A stretch of DNA of 32,000 nt from positions 60,001-92,000 of the forward strand of contig CP145877.1 in the NCBI GenBank assembly GCA_045690015.1, written 5' to 3'. Made by a program: the position numbers and the translations under genes. Numbering within the stretch: position 1 is the first letter of the stretch; every line of letters begins with the position of its first letter. Below the pieces are notes generated by a model. The model saw only the letters and a program-made list of their open reading frames with translations. It had not been told where the DNA came from and did no database searches. Positions 17,299 to 28,402 of the stretch are shown here, piece by piece. Source of the DNA: Candidatus Saccharimonadota bacterium (GTDB taxonomy: Bacteria; Pseudomonadota; Gammaproteobacteria; Enterobacterales; Enterobacteriaceae).

Positions 17299-19311
17299 AT
17301 GACAGGTAAGGGACAGATTATTTTCAATAGAAGTAAACGTAAAACTTCTTCTCGTGTCTTTTCCACTAAAATATTAGTAGAAGGTAAAGTTATTGGCCAT
17401 CCTCATGGATATGGTTTTTTAAGAGTACCCGGATATGAAAATGATTTTTATCTTTCATATGAACAAATGAAATTTTGCATTCATGGTGATACCATTTTAG
17501 CTAAAATTATTGAAAATAAATATCAAGGTCGAAAATCAGCTTGCGTAGTAAAAATAACTAAGCCAAGAAATAATCTTATTATTGGGTATTATTTTGACAA
17601 TAATAGTGGTCTGAATTTTGTACAACCTAATGATGATCGATTAAATTTTAAGATTATTATTCCTTCATCGAAATATGGAAAATTAAAAACTGGTTGTATT
17701 GTAGTAGTTAAATTAGTAAAACGCCAAAGAAATAATAAACTAGTCTTAGGAAAAATTATAGAAATACTAGGAAAACAAATGAGTATTCAGATAGCCATTA
17801 ATATGGCATTACATACTCATAATATTCCATATAAATGGCCAGAAGCTGTTAAAAGGCAAATAGATTCAATAGCCAAAAATTGTTTATCTTTTAATGGAGA
17901 AAATAATAGCCGAGTTGATTTACGTAATTTACCATTTGTAACTATTGATAGTGAAGATGCTCAAGATTTTGATGATGCAGTTTATTGTGAACATTTAGAA
18001 GAGGGTAAATGGAGATTACTAGTTGCTATAGCTGATGTTAGTTACTATGTAAGACCTGGTACTGCTTTAGATAAAGAAGCTTGTAATCGTGCCACTTCTA
18101 TTTATTTTCCATTAAATTCAATTCCAATGATACCTAAGGTATTATCTAATGATTTGTGCTCTCTAATTCCTAATAAAGATAGATTATGTTTAATATGTGA
18201 AATGATTATTTCTCGAAAAGGTACCTTATTATCTTATAATCATTATGAAGCCATAATATGCTCTAAAGCACAGTTAACTTATAATATAGTTTGGGAAATT
18301 CTGAATAATAATAAAAAATTAGAATGGAAGAAATATCAACACTTATTGATACCTTTAAAAAATTTATATGAGATGTATCATGTTTTAATATATGCTAGTA
18401 AACAACGGGGTTGTCTTTCATTTAACATCCAAGAGGCTAAATTTATACTAAATTCTAAGCAACGTATTGATAGAATTGAACCAATTATTCGTAACGATGC
18501 ACATAAAATAATAGAAGAGTGTATGATATTAGCTAATATTGCTTCTGCTGATTTGGTGCAAAAATATCAGGAACCAAGTTTATTTCGTGATCATGATCGT
18601 CCAAATCATCCTAATCTAATTAGATTTACTTATTTTCTTCAGAAAAAAGGTTTATTTCTTCGAGGAGGTAAAAAACCCCAATCAAAAGATTATTCAGATT
18701 TATTAATACATGTTATGAACCGTCCGGATCGTGAAATTTTGCAAAAAATTATGTTGCGATCTATGCCTCAAGCTGTTTATGCTGCAGAGAATAGAGGACA
18801 TTTTGGATTAGCTTTAAGTAGATATACACATTTTACTTCACCTATTCGACGTTATCCGGATCTCTTATTGCATAGAGTAATAAAATATATCTTGTATAAA
18901 AGAAGAGGAATCCATAATAACAATACTTATTATCATTATAGTAATGAACAAATGAGAGAATTAGGTAAACATTGTTCATTAGCTGAACGACGAGCAGATG
19001 AAGCTGTACGCAATGTACATGATTGGTTAAAATGTGAATTCATGAAAGATAAGATTGGTAAGATTTATATAGGAAATATTGCTCTTATTACTAGTTTAGG
19101 TTTAGTTGTAAAATTCAAAGAAAATTGTATTGAGGGTTTAGTACATATTTCTACTTTAAAAGATGATAAATATAAGTTTGATCCTGTAACTCAAAAATTA
19201 ATTGGACATTTAAAAGGAAATAGTTACTGTATTTATGATACAGTTAATGTTAAAGTTTTAGCAGTTAATATAGAACGACGAAGAATTGACTTGATCCTTA
19301 CCAAAAATTAA
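17299..19311 (+). CDS. rnr: Ribonuclease R (core CSD-RNB-S1 only; N-terminal HTH region and basic C-terminal tail absent)
   Basis: 670 aa. MTGKGQIIFNRSK aligns with internal E. coli MERDGQLVFTRRQ. Also present are GYGFLRV, DSEDAQDFDDAVYCE, VAIADVSYYVRP, RNDAHKIIEECMILANI and HFGLALSRYTHFTSPIRRYPDLLLHR. The protein ends just after the S1 domain. Confidence 0.95.
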   Translation: MTGKGQIIFNRSKRKTSSRVFSTKILVEGKVIGHPHGYGFLRVPGYENDFYLSYEQMKFCIHGDTILAKIIENKYQGRKSACVVKITKPRNNLIIGYYFDNNSGLNFVQPNDDRLNFKIIIPSSKYGKLKTGCIVVVKLVKRQRNNKLVLGKIIEILGKQMSIQIAINMALHTHNIPYKWPEAVKRQIDSIAKNCLSFNGENNSRVDLRNLPFVTIDSEDAQDFDDAVYCEHLEEGKWRLLVAIADVSYYVRPGTALDKEACNRATSIYFPLNSIPMIPKVLSNDLCSLIPNKDRLCLICEMIISRKGTLLSYNHYEAIICSKAQLTYNIVWEILNNNKKLEWKKYQHLLIPLKNLYEMYHVLIYASKQRGCLSFNIQEAKFILNSKQRIDRIEPIIRNDAHKIIEECMILANIASADLVQKYQEPSLFRDHDRPNHPNLIRFTYFLQKKGLFLRGGKKPQSKDYSDLLIHVMNRPDREILQKIMLRSMPQAVYAAENRGHFGLALSRYTHFTSPIRRYPDLLLHRVIKYILYKRRGIHNNNTYYHYSNEQMRELGKHCSLAERRADEAVRNVHDWLKCEFMKDKIGKIYIGNIALITSLGLVVKFKENCIEGLVHISTLKDDKYKFDPVTQKLIGHLKGNSYCIYDTVNVKVLAVNIERRRIDLILTKN

Positions 19312-19342
19312 GTATATTCTTCGTTATAACATCAGTAAATAT

Positions 19343-20089
19343 ATGAGCCAATTTATTTTTGGAATTCATCCAATACATTCTATTCTACAATTTAATCCAG
19401 AGATATGTAAAAAAATATATATTACTAATCGTCATCCAAATCAACGTTTAAACTCAATTTTAAATTTGATAAAACAAAAAGGAATTTTAATAGAAAGAGT
19501 ATCAGCTAAATGGCTAGATTTTAAATCTAATGGAGGAGTGCATCAAGGAATTATAGCTAAGATATTATGTCCATCATTACCTAATGAAAAAAACTTAATA
19601 AATTTTATTAATACTAAAAATAATCCCTTTTTATTAATTTTAGATGGTATAAAAGATCCACATAATTTAGGAGCTTGTATACGTACGGCTTACGCTGCAG
19701 GTGTAGATGCAGTAATTTTACCAAAAGATCGTTCGGCGAAAATTAATAATGCAATAGTAAAAAAAGTAGCATGTGGATCAATAGAAAATTTATCTATATT
19801 TACTGTTACCAATCTTTCGCACACTCTTAAAATCCTACATGAATTTAATATAAGGATTATAGGTACTTGTGAATCTGCTAAAAATAATGTGTTCCATACA
19901 AAAATGACAGGTGCTATAGCTATAGTAATGGGATCAGAAGATAAGGGATTGCGTCATTTAACCCGTAAACATTGTGATTATTTAATAAATATTCCTATGG
20001 TACATCAATTTTCATCCCTAAATGTATCTGTTGCAACAGGTATTTGTCTTTTTGAAAGTATAAGACAACGTCATTTTCTAATGGAATAA
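19343..20089 (+). CDS. rlmB: 23S rRNA (guanosine-2'-O)-methyltransferase RlmB (SpoU family)
   Basis: 248 aa. IFGIHPI, GGVHQGIIA, LILDGIKDPHNLGACIRTA and SLNVSVATGICLFE align with E. coli RlmB. It follows rnr, as in E. coli. Confidence 0.94.
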   Translation: MSQFIFGIHPIHSILQFNPEICKKIYITNRHPNQRLNSILNLIKQKGILIERVSAKWLDFKSNGGVHQGIIAKILCPSLPNEKNLINFINTKNNPFLLILDGIKDPHNLGACIRTAYAAGVDAVILPKDRSAKINNAIVKKVACGSIENLSIFTVTNLSHTLKILHEFNIRIIGTCESAKNNVFHTKMTGAIAIVMGSEDKGLRHLTRKHCDYLINIPMVHQFSSLNVSVATGICLFESIRQRHFLME

Positions 20090-20231
20090 ACTATATTACT
20101 TAATTAAACTAAACGTATTAAATTATTCTCTTCTGTTATAATAGAGATATGTGTTATGATCCCTCATTCAATTTTAATTCCTATAAATTGAAGAGACAGC
20201 AGATTCCAATTAAAATATTAGGAGCATTTTG

Positions 20232-20618
20232 ATGCGTCATTACGAGATCGTTTTTATGGTTAATCCAGACTATAGTGAAAAAGTCTCAGAGATAATACAA
20301 TTATTTACTAATACTATAAAACAACATAAGGGAATAATTCATCGTATAGAAGATTGGGGTCGACGTCAATTATCATATTCTATTAAGCATTTACATAAAG
20401 CTCATTATGTTTTAATGAATGTGGAAGCTTCTAAAAATGCAATTAATGAGATTAATAATCATTTATATTATAATAATGCAATTATTCGAAATATTATTAT
20501 TAAAGTAAAAAGTCCAATTACTGAATTATCTCCTCTAATGAAATCAAGCCAAACTAAAGAGGATAAAATTGAAGAAAAACTAAATATTTTCTCTAAATCT
20601 AATGAAGATTTTAATTAG
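20232..20618 (+). CDS. rpsF: 30S ribosomal protein S6
   Basis: MRHYEIVFMVNPD...HRIEDWGRRQLSY.I.HLHKAHYVLMNVEA matches E. coli S6. ATG 20232 has GGAG 7 nt upstream. The ORF-track start at 20229 is a TTG one codon earlier. Confidence 0.97.
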   Translation: MRHYEIVFMVNPDYSEKVSEIIQLFTNTIKQHKGIIHRIEDWGRRQLSYSIKHLHKAHYVLMNVEASKNAINEINNHLYYNNAIIRNIIIKVKSPITELSPLMKSSQTKEDKIEEKLNIFSKSNEDFN

Positions 20619-20667
20619 CAAAACTAAAATGGTCGAATATAATTCTAACTAATAGGACATTAATACA

Positions 20668-20898
20668 ATGACATATTCTTTACGTAGAAGAAAAATTTGT
20701 CGTTTCACTGCTGAAGATATTCAACAAATCGATTATAAAGATATTATAACTATAAAAAATTATCTTACAGAAAGTGGTAAAATTGTTCCAAGTCGTATTA
20801 CAGGAACCTGTGCAAAGTACCAAAGACAGCTAGCTAAAGCTATTAAAATAGCACGTTATCTAGCTTTATTACCTTATACGGATCGACAACAACAATAA
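20668..20898 (+). CDS. rpsR: 30S ribosomal protein S18
   Basis: 76 aa. [21 protein letters not shown]...[41 protein letters not shown] matches E. coli S18. Confidence 0.97.
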   Translation: MTYSLRRRKICRFTAEDIQQIDYKDIITIKNYLTESGKIVPSRITGTCAKYQRQLAKAIKIARYLALLPYTDRQQQ

Positions 20899-20929
20899 CA
20901 ACAAAACAAACAGGGAAAATTATTCTATA

Positions 20930-21379
20930 ATGTTAATTATTTTACTTGTTAAAATACCAAATCTTGGTGAGATTGGGGATCAAGTGAATGTAAAAAATGG
21001 TTATGCACGGAATTTTTTACTTCCACAAAAAAAAGCTCTAGTGGCTACAACAGAAAATGTTAAATTTTTTAATTCTCTGCATACAGAAATTGAAGCTAAA
21101 AAATTAAAAGCATTAGAAACGGCTATGAAACGTAAGGAACAAATTTATAATTGTTCACCCCTTACTATTACAGCGAAAACTAGTCATTTAGGAAAGCTAT
21201 TTGGTTCAATTGGAATTAACCAAATTATTAAATGTTTAAATAGCGTAGGTATTAAAGTAAATAAAAATGAGATTAGATTACCTAATGGACTATTACGTAC
21301 TATTGGTCAACATCAAGTACTTATAAAATTACATCCTAATGTTATTGCAAATATTAATATTAATATTATTAGCATGTAA
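20930..21379 (+). CDS. rplI: 50S ribosomal protein L9
   Basis: 149 aa. GDQVNVKNGYARNFLLPQKKA and GKLFGSIG...RLPNGLLRTIGQH match E. coli L9. Confidence 0.96.
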   Translation: MLIILLVKIPNLGEIGDQVNVKNGYARNFLLPQKKALVATTENVKFFNSLHTEIEAKKLKALETAMKRKEQIYNCSPLTITAKTSHLGKLFGSIGINQIIKCLNSVGIKVNKNEIRLPNGLLRTIGQHQVLIKLHPNVIANININIISM

Positions 21380-21400
21380 TAAAGTGAATATCAATATAAC

Positions 21401-21766
21401 TTATTTTATAGCCCTATTCAATATTTCTAGATATGCCATTGGAGCTTTGTCGCCAATTCTATAACCACATTTTAATACTCTTGTATAACCGCCATAGCGA
21501 TTTACAAATTTAGGTGCTAATTCTTTAAAGAGTTTAATAACAGTATTATTATTTCTAATTTTGGAAAAAATTAATCTACGATTAGATAAATTATCTACTT
21601 TAGCTCTGGTAATCAATGGTTCAATAAAACGTCGTAATTCTTTCGCTTTTGGTAAGGTTGTTTTAATAATTTCATCTCTTACTAAATTGATTATTAAATT
21701 ACGAAATAATGCCTGACGATAACTGCTTTTACAGTTAAGTTTACGTCCAATTTTACGATGACGCAT
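21401..21766 (-). CDS. rplQ: 50S ribosomal protein L17
   Basis: 121 aa. [11 protein letters not shown]...[25 protein letters not shown]...[19 protein letters not shown] matches E. coli L17. Confidence 0.97.
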   Translation of the reverse strand: MRHRKIGRKLNCKSSYRQALFRNLIINLVRDEIIKTTLPKAKELRRFIEPLITRAKVDNLSNRRLIFSKIRNNNTVIKLFKELAPKFVNRYGGYTRVLKCGYRIGDKAPMAYLEILNRAIK

Positions 21767-21784
21767 ATTATTATATTTCCTTTT

Positions 21785-22780
21785 TTATTCGGTATTAGTA
21801 TTTAATGGAGGCCAATTATCTAAACGCATACCTAAATTCAATCCCTTAGAAGCTAGTACATCTTTAATTTCATTGAGAGATTTTTTTCCTAAATTAGGAG
21901 TTTTTAATAATTCTACTTCAGTTTTTTGAACAAGATCTCCAATATAATGAATTGCTTCAGCTTTTAGACAATTAGCTGATCTTACCGTTAATTCTAAATC
22001 ATCAACTGGGCGTAGTAAAATTGGATCTAAATCTGGTTTTTCTTCTTTAGTTTCAGTAGGAATTTTATCACGCAAATCAACAAAAGCTTCCAGTTGTTCA
22101 GCTAATATAGTAGCAGCACGTTTAATGGCTTCTTCTGGATCAATAGTACCATTAGTTTCCATTTCTATTACTAATTTATCCAAATCCGTACGTTGTTCTA
22201 CACGCGCCGCTTCAACATTATAAATAATACGTTCTATCGGACTATAGCAAGCATCAAGTAATAAACGTCCAATAGGACGAGAACCGTCTTTATTTTCTGT
22301 ACTAATTCTTGCGGTAGCTGGCATATAACCACGACCACGTTCTACTTTGATGCGCATGTTGATATTAGCTGTTTCATGAGTTAAAGTACAAATAAGTTGT
22401 TGTGGATTAATAATTTTTACACTATTATCATGAATAATATCTCTAGCAGTTACTTCTCCTATTCCAGATTTATTTATCATAATAATAGCATTATCTTTAT
22501 CTTGAATGGTAATGGCTAATTCTTTTAAATTAAGAAGAATATCGATTATATCCTGTTTTATACCTGGTTTAGTACTATACTCATGTAATACTCCTTCAAT
22601 CTCAACTTCTGTTACTGCACAACCAGGAAGTGATGATAATAAAATTCTTCTTAATGCATTTCCTAAAGTATGTCCAAAACCTCGTTCTAATGGTTCTAAA
22701 ATTATCTTGGCATGTGTTAAGCTTTTATGCTCAATATCCACTAAGCGTGGTTTTAAAAATTCTGTAACAGAACTTTGCAT
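21785..22780 (-). CDS. rpoA: DNA-directed RNA polymerase subunit alpha
   Basis: 331 aa. [18 protein letters not shown]...[15 protein letters not shown]...[14 protein letters not shown] matches E. coli RpoA full length. Confidence 0.98.
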   Translation of the reverse strand: MQSSVTEFLKPRLVDIEHKSLTHAKIILEPLERGFGHTLGNALRRILLSSLPGCAVTEVEIEGVLHEYSTKPGIKQDIIDILLNLKELAITIQDKDNAIIMINKSGIGEVTARDIIHDNSVKIINPQQLICTLTHETANINMRIKVERGRGYMPATARISTENKDGSRPIGRLLLDACYSPIERIIYNVEAARVEQRTDLDKLVIEMETNGTIDPEEAIKRAATILAEQLEAFVDLRDKIPTETKEEKPDLDPILLRPVDDLELTVRSANCLKAEAIHYIGDLVQKTEVELLKTPNLGKKSLNEIKDVLASKGLNLGMRLDNWPPLNTNTE

Positions 22781-22798
22781 TATGTCCTCTAAAATTAT

Positions 22799-23419
22799 TT
22801 ATTTCGAGTAAAGTTCAACAATAAGATGTTCATTAATATCCGTAGATAAATCTGTACGTTCCGGTATACGTTTAAACATCCCTTCCATTTTTGATAAGTT
22901 CACTTCTAACCATGTTGGTTTTTCTCTTTGTTTAGCAATCTCTAATGAAGCTCGTATTCTCGACTGTTCTTGTGCTTTTTTATGAATTTTCACGATATCA
23001 TTAGGAGATACTTTATAGGAAGGAATATTAACAATTAGATTATTAACCATTACGCCTTTATGAGAGACTAGTTGTCTTGCTTCAGCACGTGTAGAGCTAA
23101 AACCCATTCGATAAACTACATTATCTAAACGACTTTCAAGCATAAACAAAATATTTTCTCCAGTATTACCTTTTATACGCGCAGCTTTCTTATAATAGTT
23201 ACGAAACTGACGCTCTAGTATGCCGTATATTCTTCGAACTTTCTGTTTTTCTCTTAATTGCATACCATAATCTGATAAACGCGTTTTCCTACTTCCATGT
23301 TGTCCTGGTGCTCTATCAATTTTACATTTGGAATCAATGTCTCGAATTCCAGATTTTAAAAACAAATCTGTACCTTCACGGCGATTTAGTTTTAATTTTG
23401 GACCTAAATATCTTGCCAT
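22799..23419 (-). CDS. rpsD: 30S ribosomal protein S4
   Basis: 206 aa. [23 protein letters not shown]...[13 protein letters not shown] matches E. coli S4. Confidence 0.98.
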   Translation of the reverse strand: MARYLGPKLKLNRREGTDLFLKSGIRDIDSKCKIDRAPGQHGSRKTRLSDYGMQLREKQKVRRIYGILERQFRNYYKKAARIKGNTGENILFMLESRLDNVVYRMGFSSTRAEARQLVSHKGVMVNNLIVNIPSYKVSPNDIVKIHKKAQEQSRIRASLEIAKQREKPTWLEVNLSKMEGMFKRIPERTDLSTDINEHLIVELYSK

Positions 23420-23455
23420 ATTTTTTCCTATAAAATCCTATTGTCTTGTCTTTTT

Positions 23456-23848
23456 TTAGACTCGTCTTTTTTTGGGCGGTCTACAACCATTATGAGGAAT
23501 TGGAGTGACATCCATAATATTTATAATGTTAAACCCCGCAGAGTTAAGAGCTCTAATACTCGATTCTCTACCAGGTCCTGGACCATTTACCATGATCTCT
23601 AAGTTTTTTATTCCGTAATCTTTTACTGATTGTGCACAACGTTCTGCAGCTACTTGTGCAGCAAATGGAGTGGATTTACGAGATCCTCGAAATCCTGAAC
23701 CTCCCGCTGTAGCCCAAGCTAATACGTTACCTAATCGATCTGTAATCGTAACTATAGTGTTATTAAAAGAAGCATGAATATGGGCTATACCATCAGTAAT
23801 TTGTTTTTTTATACGTTTACGTGGTGTTCGAAGTGATGATTTGATCAT
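23456..23848 (-). CDS. rpsK: 30S ribosomal protein S11
   Basis: 130 aa. [21 protein letters not shown]...[21 protein letters not shown]...[16 protein letters not shown] matches E. coli S11. Confidence 0.98.
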   Translation of the reverse strand: MIKSSLRTPRKRIKKQITDGIAHIHASFNNTIVTITDRLGNVLAWATAGGSGFRGSRKSTPFAAQVAAERCAQSVKDYGIKNLEIMVNGPGPGRESSIRALNSAGFNIINIMDVTPIPHNGCRPPKKRRV

Positions 23849-23881
23849 ATATATCCTATTACTTTATTTCTTCATTCTAAT

Positions 23882-24238
23882 TTATTTCTTAAATATTTTC
23901 CGGGGTCCTTTCCTAGTACGTGCATTAGTTTTAGTACGTTGGCCTCGTACTGGAAGACTTTTACGATGACGTAATCCACGATAACAACCTAAATCTATCA
24001 ATCTCTTGATATTTAAAGTAACTTCTCTACGTAAATCTCCTTCAATAGGATATTTAGAAACTTCAGCACGTAATTTATCTAATTTTTGTTCTGATAAATC
24101 CTTTATTTGGATATGTGGTTCTATACCTGTAGAAATACAAATAATCTTAGAAAGATTTCTTCCTATCCCATAAATTGATCTTAAAGCAATCACTGCATGT
24201 TTATTATCTGGTATATTAATTCCTGCTATACGTGCCAC
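23882..24238 (-). CDS. rpsM: 30S ribosomal protein S13
   Basis: 118 aa. [24 protein letters not shown]...[29 protein letters not shown] matches E. coli S13. It has a GTG start as in E. coli, preceded by tandem TAGGAG TAGGAG (minus strand, 24260-24248). Confidence 0.98.
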   Translation of the reverse strand: MARIAGINIPDNKHAVIALRSIYGIGRNLSKIICISTGIEPHIQIKDLSEQKLDKLRAEVSKYPIEGDLRREVTLNIKRLIDLGCYRGLRHRKSLPVRGQRTKTNARTRKGPRKIFKK

Positions 24239-24278
24239 TATTATATACTCCTATCTCCTATGATTTTAAATCTTATTA

Positions 24279-24392
24279 TTATCCTTGACGTTGTTTATGT
24301 TTAGGTTCAATACATATAACTTTTACTACACCGCAACGTTTTATAATCTTACAATTTCTACATAACTTTTTTACTGAAGTACGAACCTTCAT
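24279..24392 (-). CDS. rpmJ: 50S ribosomal protein L36
   Basis: Not in the ORF track (37 codons). Hand translation of the minus strand from ATG 24390-24392 gives [37 protein letters not shown], matching E. coli L36. GGAG lies upstream. Its position between secY and rpsM is conserved. Confidence 0.95.
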   Translation of the reverse strand: MKVRTSVKKLCRNCKIIKRCGVVKVICIEPKHKQRQG

Positions 24393-24442
24393 TTATTTTA
24401 TTCTCCAATAAAAATCATATTTCATGATTACTGATATTTTTA

Positions 24443-25783
24443 TCATTTATTAATTTTAGTTTTTTTTAATAATGATTCATATTGTTTAGACATCATGATA
24501 GTTTGTATTTGAGTCATGAAATCCATTATAACAACTACAACTATAAGTAATGATGTTCCACCAAAATGAAATGGTACTTTTAAAATGCTTCGCATAAATT
24601 CCGGAATTAAACAAATAAAAGATACATATAAGGCTCCTATTAACGTCAAACGGTTCATAATTTGGTGAATATATTTAGCCGTCTGTTCTCCCGGACGAAT
24701 ACCAGGAACAAATGCTCCGGATTTTTTTAGATTATCTGCAGTTTCACGAGGATTGAAAACTAAACTCGTATAAAAAAAACAGAAAAAAATTATAGCTATA
24801 GTATATAAGATTATATATAAAGGTTCACCAGGTTGTAAATATAATGAAATCCTATTTAACCAATTCCATTGAATTTTTTCTCCAAACCATGCACCAAGAG
24901 TTATTGGAAATAATATTAAACTGGACGCAAAGATTGCGGGAATAACCCCAGCCATATTTATCTTTAATGGTAAATGTGTATGTTGTGCAGTTAGATTATA
25001 ATTGAAACGTCGTGCATGTGGTCTAATGGCATAATTAACCATTATTCGTCTTTGTCCCTTTTCCATAAAAACTACAAAAAAGGTAATAGCTAATACAAAT
25101 ATTAGTACTACTAATAATAGTAATAAATTTAAATCTCCTTGACGAGATTGTTCTATGGTATTAATAATAGCATTGGGTAATCCAGCAACTATTCCTGCGT
25201 AAATAAGTAGAGAAGTTCCATTACCAATACCATATTCAGTCATCTGTTCTCCTAACCACATAAGAAACATAGTACTAGTAACTAAAGTAAATACTGCAGT
25301 TAAATAAAAAGATAACCCAATATTTAATATTAATATCTGCATTCCAGGAAGATGTGGTAAAGCAGTGACAATTCCAATCGACTGGAGAAGACATAATATA
25401 AAAGTTGCATAACGTGTGTAATGGTTTATTTTACGACGTCCACTTTCGCCTTCCTTTTTAATTTCTGCTAACCCCGAATGTATTACTGTGAGCAATTGGA
25501 TAATAATTGAAGCCGATATATAAGGCATAATTCCTAAAGCAAATATAGACGCACGACTCAACGCACCTCCAGAAAACATGTTAAACATATCTAGTAGAGT
25601 ACCATGTTGTTTTTCTACTAATTTTGATAAAAACATGGTATTAATTCCGGGAATTGGTATAAAACAACCAATTCTAAAAATTAAAATTGCAGCAATAACA
25701 AAAATAACTCTACGTTTTATTTCACTATAACCACTATAAGTATCTTTAAGATTAAACGACCGAGATTTTTTAATAATATTCAT
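24443..25783 (-). CDS. secY: Preprotein translocase subunit SecY
   Basis: 446 aa polytopic membrane protein. [26 protein letters not shown] and [15 protein letters not shown] match E. coli SecY. It follows rplO. Confidence 0.98.
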   Translation of the reverse strand: MNIIKKSRSFNLKDTYSGYSEIKRRVIFVIAAILIFRIGCFIPIPGINTMFLSKLVEKQHGTLLDMFNMFSGGALSRASIFALGIMPYISASIIIQLLTVIHSGLAEIKKEGESGRRKINHYTRYATFILCLLQSIGIVTALPHLPGMQILILNIGLSFYLTAVFTLVTSTMFLMWLGEQMTEYGIGNGTSLLIYAGIVAGLPNAIINTIEQSRQGDLNLLLLLVVLIFVLAITFFVVFMEKGQRRIMVNYAIRPHARRFNYNLTAQHTHLPLKINMAGVIPAIFASSLILFPITLGAWFGEKIQWNWLNRISLYLQPGEPLYIILYTIAIIFFCFFYTSLVFNPRETADNLKKSGAFVPGIRPGEQTAKYIHQIMNRLTLIGALYVSFICLIPEFMRSILKVPFHFGGTSLLIVVVVIMDFMTQIQTIMMSKQYESLLKKTKINK

Positions 25784-26224
25784 CTATTTCTCTAATACAC
25801 TACCAATATTTTCTAGTCTCTTAAGAGCACCTGTGGTAACTCTTATGCCCTGATTTTTTATAATAATAGGAGTTAATACGCTGCCTGATAAAATGATCTT
25901 AACCTGTTTTATATTTTTTCGGATAATATGAGCTAATTTTAGCGAATTTAAGTCAATTATATTACCTTCTACTTTATTTAAATCAGAAAGTGTAATTTCT
26001 GCAGTAAATTTGGAATTCTTTGAAGTAAAACCAAATTTTGGTAAACGACGAAATAAAGGAGTTTGGCCACCTTCAAAGCCTCGTTTTATCCTTCCACCAG
26101 AACGAGATTTTTGTCCTTTATGACCATAACCACATGTTTTACCAGTACCTGAACCAATTCCCCGACCTACCCTTTTTAAGGCATGTTTAGAACCCCTCGA
26201 TGGATATAAACTATTTAAATACAT
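25784..26224 (-). CDS. rplO: 50S ribosomal protein L15
   Basis: 146 aa. [22 protein letters not shown]...[17 protein letters not shown] matches E. coli L15. Its stop abuts the secY start. Confidence 0.97.
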   Translation of the reverse strand: MYLNSLYPSRGSKHALKRVGRGIGSGTGKTCGYGHKGQKSRSGGRIKRGFEGGQTPLFRRLPKFGFTSKNSKFTAEITLSDLNKVEGNIIDLNSLKLAHIIRKNIKQVKIILSGSVLTPIIIKNQGIRVTTGALKRLENIGSVLEK

Positions 26225-26249
26225 CTATTCCTCCACTAACTTGAACTTT

Positions 26250-26435
26250 TCATTTTACTATTTTTACCTTTACCATATAGGAAACAAGATTCAACATACC
26301 ACGTACTGAAGGAGTATCTTCACGTTCTATAGTATGTCCAATATGACGTAAACCTAAACCGCGTAATGTAGCTCTATGTCTTGGCATACGTCCGATTGCA
26401 CTGCGTACCTGAGTTATTTGAATTACATTAGCCAT
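26250..26435 (-). CDS. rpmD: 50S ribosomal protein L30
   Basis: 61 aa. [41 protein letters not shown] matches E. coli L30. Confidence 0.96.
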   Translation of the reverse strand: MANVIQITQVRSAIGRMPRHRATLRGLGLRHIGHTIEREDTPSVRGMLNLVSYMVKVKIVK

Positions 26436-26475
26436 AATAAGATCTTTTTGTTATAACTTAACCTATATAATTAAA

Positions 26476-26973
26476 TTAATAAATAGCTTTACCTCTTTTA
26501 GCAGCTATCATTTGAGGAGTTTTCATATTAGATAATCCATTAATAGTTGCACGAACTACATTAATAGGATTAGTAGAACCATAAGTTTTCGCTAAAACAT
26601 TTCGAACTCCAGCAATTTCTAAAATTGCACGCATTGCTCCTCCCGCAATAATTCCAGTTCCTTCATATGCAGGTTGCATAATAACTGTAGATCCAGCATG
26701 TACACCCTTTATCTGATATTGTAAAGTACCCTTATTCAAGATAACATTAATCATGTTACGACGTGCTTTTTCCATAGCTTTTTGAATAGCTACAGGAACT
26801 TCACGTGCTTTTCCATAACCAAATCCTACCCGTCCATTACCATCTCCTACAACAGTTAAAGCAGCAAAACTAAAAATACGTCCACCTTTTACGGTTTTAG
26901 AAACGCGATTAACTGCTATCATTTTTTCTTGTAGTTCATTAAATGGTTGTTTATCACTAGAACTTTTCATCAT
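26476..26973 (-). CDS. rpsE: 30S ribosomal protein S5
   Basis: 165 aa. [60 protein letters not shown] matches E. coli S5. Confidence 0.98.
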   Translation of the reverse strand: MMKSSSDKQPFNELQEKMIAVNRVSKTVKGGRIFSFAALTVVGDGNGRVGFGYGKAREVPVAIQKAMEKARRNMINVILNKGTLQYQIKGVHAGSTVIMQPAYEGTGIIAGGAMRAILEIAGVRNVLAKTYGSTNPINVVRATINGLSNMKTPQMIAAKRGKAIY

Positions 26974-26998
26974 AAATTTTTATTCCTTTACAAGAAGC

Positions 26999-27358
26999 TT
27001 AGAATTGCAGTCCCCCACTCCTCGCAGCTTCAGCTAACGCTTTAACACGACCATGATATAAAAAACCTGATCTATCAAAGGATACTACTTGTATTCCTTT
27101 TTTTAAAGCGCGTTGCGCGATTATTTTACCAACTATTTCTGCTGCAGTTTTATTACCAGTATTTATTACTTGCTGATTAATAGTTTTTTCTAAAGTAGAT
27201 GCTGCTGCTAAAACTTTACAACCACTTAAAGCTGGACTTATAATCTGTGCATAAATATGGTGTGGAGTACGATATATTACTAAACGTAGACTACTTAGTT
27301 TTTTAAATTTATTTCTTGCGCGTGCAGCTCGACGAAGTCGAATACATTTTTTATACAT
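26999..27358 (-). CDS. rplR: 50S ribosomal protein L18
   Basis: 119 aa. [13 protein letters not shown]...[28 protein letters not shown] matches E. coli L18. Confidence 0.97.
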   Translation of the reverse strand: MYKKCIRLRRAARARNKFKKLSSLRLVIYRTPHHIYAQIISPALSGCKVLAAASTLEKTINQQVINTGNKTAAEIVGKIIAQRALKKGIQVVSFDRSGFLYHGRVKALAEAARSGGLQF

Positions 27359-27361
27359 AAT

Positions 27362-27898
27362 TTATTTCTTTTTAGCTTGTTTAAGACGAATTACTTGGTT
27401 ACTATAACGAATACCCCTTCCTTTATAAGGTTCAGGACTACGATATGCATATATCTCCGCTGCTACTTGACCAACTAATTGTTTATCAGCACCTTTTAAA
27501 ATAATTTCATTATTAGAAGGACATTCAGCGGTAATACCACATGGTAATTTATGATATATCAAATGTGAAAAACCTAATGCTAAAGTTAATAATTTATTTT
27601 CTGTAATAGATGCACGAAAGCCTATACCAACTAATTGCAATGTTTTACTAAAACCTTTAGTAACTCCAATGATCATATTATTAATAATAGCACGTGTCGT
27701 ACCAGCTTGCGTCCATCCATTTGGAAATCCTAATCGTGGTTGAAATTTTAAATAATTCTCAATGCATAGAACTTCTACGGATTCATGAACAATATTACTA
27801 ACCTTACCATAATTTCCTGTAATATAAATCAATTGATCTTCTAATGTCACCTCAACTTCTTTAGGAATTTTAATTGGATTTTTTGCAATACGAGACAT
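27362..27898 (-). CDS. rplF: 50S ribosomal protein L6
   Basis: 178 aa. MSRIAKNPI...GW.QAGTTRA..NNMIIGVT.GF.K.LQLVG.G.RA...PEPYKGRGIRY matches E. coli L6. Confidence 0.97.
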   Translation of the reverse strand: MSRIAKNPIKIPKEVEVTLEDQLIYITGNYGKVSNIVHESVEVLCIENYLKFQPRLGFPNGWTQAGTTRAIINNMIIGVTKGFSKTLQLVGIGFRASITENKLLTLALGFSHLIYHKLPCGITAECPSNNEIILKGADKQLVGQVAAEIYAYRSPEPYKGRGIRYSNQVIRLKQAKKK

Positions 27899-27972
27899 TC
27901 TGAATTAACTCCAAAAGTGAAATTTTTATTTAAATTAATAATAATTGTAAATCTCGGTTTTTTAATTTTAAG

Positions 27973-28362
27973 CTACGCTACATAACACAAAATTTCTCCT
28001 CCTATGCCTTTTTGCCGAGCAGATTTATCGGTTATTATTCCTTTAGAAGTAGATAGAATTGCAATTCCTAAACCATTCATTATTTTGGGTAATTCTTGCT
28101 TACGTTTATAAATGCGTAATCCTGGTCTGCTAACTCTCTTAATTATTTCTATCACGGGTTTTCCAGAAAAATATTTTAACTTAATTTTTAATATGAAATT
28201 ATTATCAATAATTTCATATTGTTCAATATATCCTTCTTCCCTTAAGATATGAGCAATTCCTTTCTTTATTTTAGAAAACTGCATAGATACATAAGTAAAT
28301 TTTGCAGATTGTCCATTACGAATACGTATTATCATATCAGATATTGGATCTTGCATATTCAT
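27973..28362 (-). CDS. rpsH: 30S ribosomal protein S8
   Basis: 129 aa. [18 protein letters not shown]...[47 protein letters not shown] matches E. coli S8. Confidence 0.98.
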   Translation of the reverse strand: MNMQDPISDMIIRIRNGQSAKFTYVSMQFSKIKKGIAHILREEGYIEQYEIIDNNFILKIKLKYFSGKPVIEIIKRVSRPGLRIYKRKQELPKIMNGLGIAILSTSKGIITDKSARQKGIGGEILCYVA

Positions 28363-28402
28363 ATGATTTGAATCCTTAGCTTATAATTCAATTCTCTTTA
28401 TT

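Noticed and set aside
20134-20192. Extended -10-like TGTTATAAT (20134-20142) and an 8-bp AT-rich hairpin (20167-20174 / 20185-20192) upstream of rpsF, considered as the promoter and S6:S18 autoregulatory leader
   Set aside because: It is attractive by position, about 90 nt upstream of the ATG. The hairpin is all A/T apart from one pair, and I cannot verify similarity to the known S6:S18 leader motif without a covariance-model search. It is left unannotated.
22506-22811. 101-aa plus-strand ORF antisense to rpoA/rpsD
   Set aside because: It lies entirely within strongly conserved minus-strand genes. The low-complexity product has no recognisable motif, so it is a typical shadow ORF.
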